Shown one piece after another: positions 62,180 through 64,000 of a DNA stretch of 64,000 nucleotides; position 1 is the stretch's first letter; each line of letters begins with the position of its first letter. Under the pieces are notes generated by a model. That model had not been told where the DNA came from. It worked only from the letters and a program-made list of their open reading frames with translations, and did no database searches. Location: positions 352,001 to 416,000 of the forward strand of contig OZ242320.1 in the NCBI GenBank assembly GCA_965208125.1. Direction: 5' to 3'. The position numbers and the translations under genes were made by a program. The stretch is from Candidatus Latescibacterota bacterium (GTDB lineage Bacteria > Latescibacterota > UBA2968).

Positions 62180-63244
62180 CTAAAGCCACGACCGCGGATC
62201 GGGAACGGACACCCATCCATTTTCGCGCACCGCCTGCAATCCCGCAATACCCGGCAGTGTCATATCCAGCGCCTGCATCAAATCTATCGGCGATCGCAAT
62301 CCATTCGCAATCGCCTGCACAAAATCCAAAACAATGAGCATACTCGTTTTGCCGTGCCCTGCACCGAGTGCGTCCGAAAACTGGGACAACTCGGGATGGC
62401 AACATACTTCTCGCGTTACCTGCTCTTTATTCCCCACCGAATAATAACACACCGTTCGGGCTTCGCGAAATCGCCCCGTCTCTAAAGAACCCTCATCGCC
62501 ATAAAAACTCAAAAAATGGCTCATCCCATGCACATTCTGAAACGAATTTGTCAACCTGAACACCGCGCCTTCTTCCGTTCGAAACAAAGCCGTCTGCACC
62601 CAATCTGCTTCATACCCCTCTAAAAATTCATCCCGCCCTGAAGCTGAAACAGCCATGACCTCAACCAGACGATCACCCGTCATATTCAAATACGGCGACG
62701 TCCCATGTGTCGGATAAAGAAGGGGTTGCAAACTATTCCGCCAGGTAGAACGCCCATCGGGATGTCGTCTCAACGCTTTTAGACCGTGAATATACTCGGC
62801 TTCAGCATAGTAAATACGCCCCAATTTCCGCGCTTCATAAAGCGACCTGGCACGCACCACACTGGGTTCATAGACCCAATTCTCAGCCATCATATAAATG
62901 CGGTCACTTTTTGAAACAACCTCAACCAATGCCTTTGCCTCATCCATAGTCAACGCAGCGGGCACAGCACACAAAACGTGCTTACCGGCCCGAATCGCTC
63001 GAATCACATGTTCTGCATGAAGTGGCGCGGGCGTAAAAATAGCCACCGCATCAATCCGTTCATCAGCGACAAAATCATCAAAAGCCGCATAACAAGCATC
63101 GACACCCAACTGATCTTTCGCCTCGTCCTGTCTCTCTTGTTGGATATCACAAATAGCGACCAACTCAGTTCCAGCATACGCATCAAACACCCGCGCCCAG
63201 GACATGCCAAATCGCAAACCAGCAACACCTACTGAGAGAGCCAT
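62180..63244 (-). CDS. Gfo/Idh/MocA family oxidoreductase
   Basis: Rossmann start, GKHVLCAVP, YMMAEN, YPTH. Confidence 0.85.
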   Translation of the reverse strand: MALSVGVAGLRFGMSWARVFDAYAGTELVAICDIQQERQDEAKDQLGVDACYAAFDDFVADERIDAVAIFTPAPLHAEHVIRAIRAGKHVLCAVPAALTMDEAKALVEVVSKSDRIYMMAENWVYEPSVVRARSLYEARKLGRIYYAEAEYIHGLKALRRHPDGRSTWRNSLQPLLYPTHGTSPYLNMTGDRLVEVMAVSASGRDEFLEGYEADWVQTALFRTEEGAVFRLTNSFQNVHGMSHFLSFYGDEGSLETGRFREARTVCYYSVGNKEQVTREVCCHPELSQFSDALGAGHGKTSMLIVLDFVQAIANGLRSPIDLMQALDMTLPGIAGLQAVRENGWVSVPDPRSWL

Positions 63245-63259
63245 TTTACCTCACTCCAA

Positions 63260-64000
63260 TCATTCTCGACTCGCCGCGACCAAACCCTCCAACTTCTCCA
63301 ACGCCTTGCCCGAATCAATCACTTCAGCCGCGACCTGCACGCCTTCGTTCAAATCACGCGCCTTATCGCCCGCCACAATTGCCGCCGCCGCATTCAACAA
63401 AACAATATCGCGCCGAGGCCCTTCTTCGCCATTCAGAATCGACCGCGTAATCTCCGCATTATAATCGGCATCCCCGCCTTTTAGCGCGTCGGCTGGAGCC
63501 TGAGCCAGCCCAAAGTCCCCAGGTACTACATCATACGTCGAAACCGATCCATTTTTTAATTCACTCACCCTCGTCGGCCCCGTCAGCGTCATCTCATCTA
63601 AACCATCCGAACCGTGAACCACAAACGTCCGCTCCGCTCCCAGAGTCCCCAAAACACTCGCGAGTGTCTCAGTCAATGCCGCGCTGTACACGCCGATCAC
63701 CTGCCGCTTTGCGCCAGCCGGATTGGTCAGCGGCCCCAGCGCATTGAAAATGGTCCGCGCACCAATTTCCCGACGCGGCCCAATCGCGTATTTCATCGCC
63801 CCGTGTAACGAAATAGCAAACAAAAACCCAATCCCCACATCGTCCAGACACCTGCTCACCGTCTCGGGCGACGCCTCAATATTCACACCCAATGCACTCA
63901 GCACATCCGCGCTACCGCTTTGACTCGTCGCCGCGCGATTGCCGTGTTTGGCCACACACAAACCCGCCCCAGCCGCGACAAATGCCGCCGTCGTCGAAAT
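63260..64000 (-). CDS. trpD: Anthranilate phosphoribosyltransferase (5' part outside the window)
   Basis: KHGNR, SGSAD, RTIFN.LGPL.NP, DGLDE. Confidence 0.95.
   Translation of the reverse strand: MSTTAAFVAAGAGLCVAKHGNRAATSQSGSADVLSALGVNIEASPETVSRCLDDVGIGFLFAISLHGAMKYAIGPRREIGARTIFNALGPLTNPAGAKRQVIGVYSAALTETLASVLGTLGAERTFVVHGSDGLDEMTLTGPTRVSELKNGSVSTYDVVPGDFGLAQAPADALKGGDADYNAEITRSILNGEEGPRRDIVLLNAAAAIVAGDKARDLNEGVQVAAEVIDSGKALEKLEGLVAASRE

Overview
A gene-dense bacterial chromosomal window (about 50-53% GC by eye) with roughly 61 CDS. It has no rRNA, tRNA, CRISPR array, transposase or phage genes that I can see. In order: Na+-translocating decarboxylase genes (oadB, oadA-like) and birA; a yejABEF peptide ABC operon extended by a hydrolase, a DUF362 protein and a phosphotransferase-like gene; glnE-glnB; assorted metabolic genes (aminotransferase, lutC, glgB, larA-like); a PhyH/sulfatase/Na+:solute symporter/GH-A glycoside hydrolase locus; a minus-strand catabolic cluster (uxuA-like, D-cysteine desulfhydrase-like, NCS2 permease, pncC, DegT aminotransferase, HpcH aldolase, beta-helix protein, PhyH); and a ~20 kb minus-strand aromatic amino acid superoperon (trpDCF, tyrS, trpBA, chorismate mutase, DAHP synthase, tyrA, aroE, ubiE/menG, argS, aroK, aroB, purF) containing two toxin-antitoxin pairs. 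The gene content suggests a Latescibacterota/Poribacteria-like glycan degrader (inference only). The most notable oddities are: (1) a single-domain, catalytically degenerate AroA derivative coupled to a small membrane protein; (2) an AT-rich Bacteroidota-type methyltransferase ORF sitting ORF-precisely behind tyrS; (3) an unlisted 39-aa ORF that looks like the detached last helix of the symporter; (4) an NCS2 permease fused to a degenerate anti-sigma-kinase-like domain; and (5) a recurrent intergenic element of short tandem repeats flanking a CCGCCC core. Family assignments come from motif recognition, not database searches.
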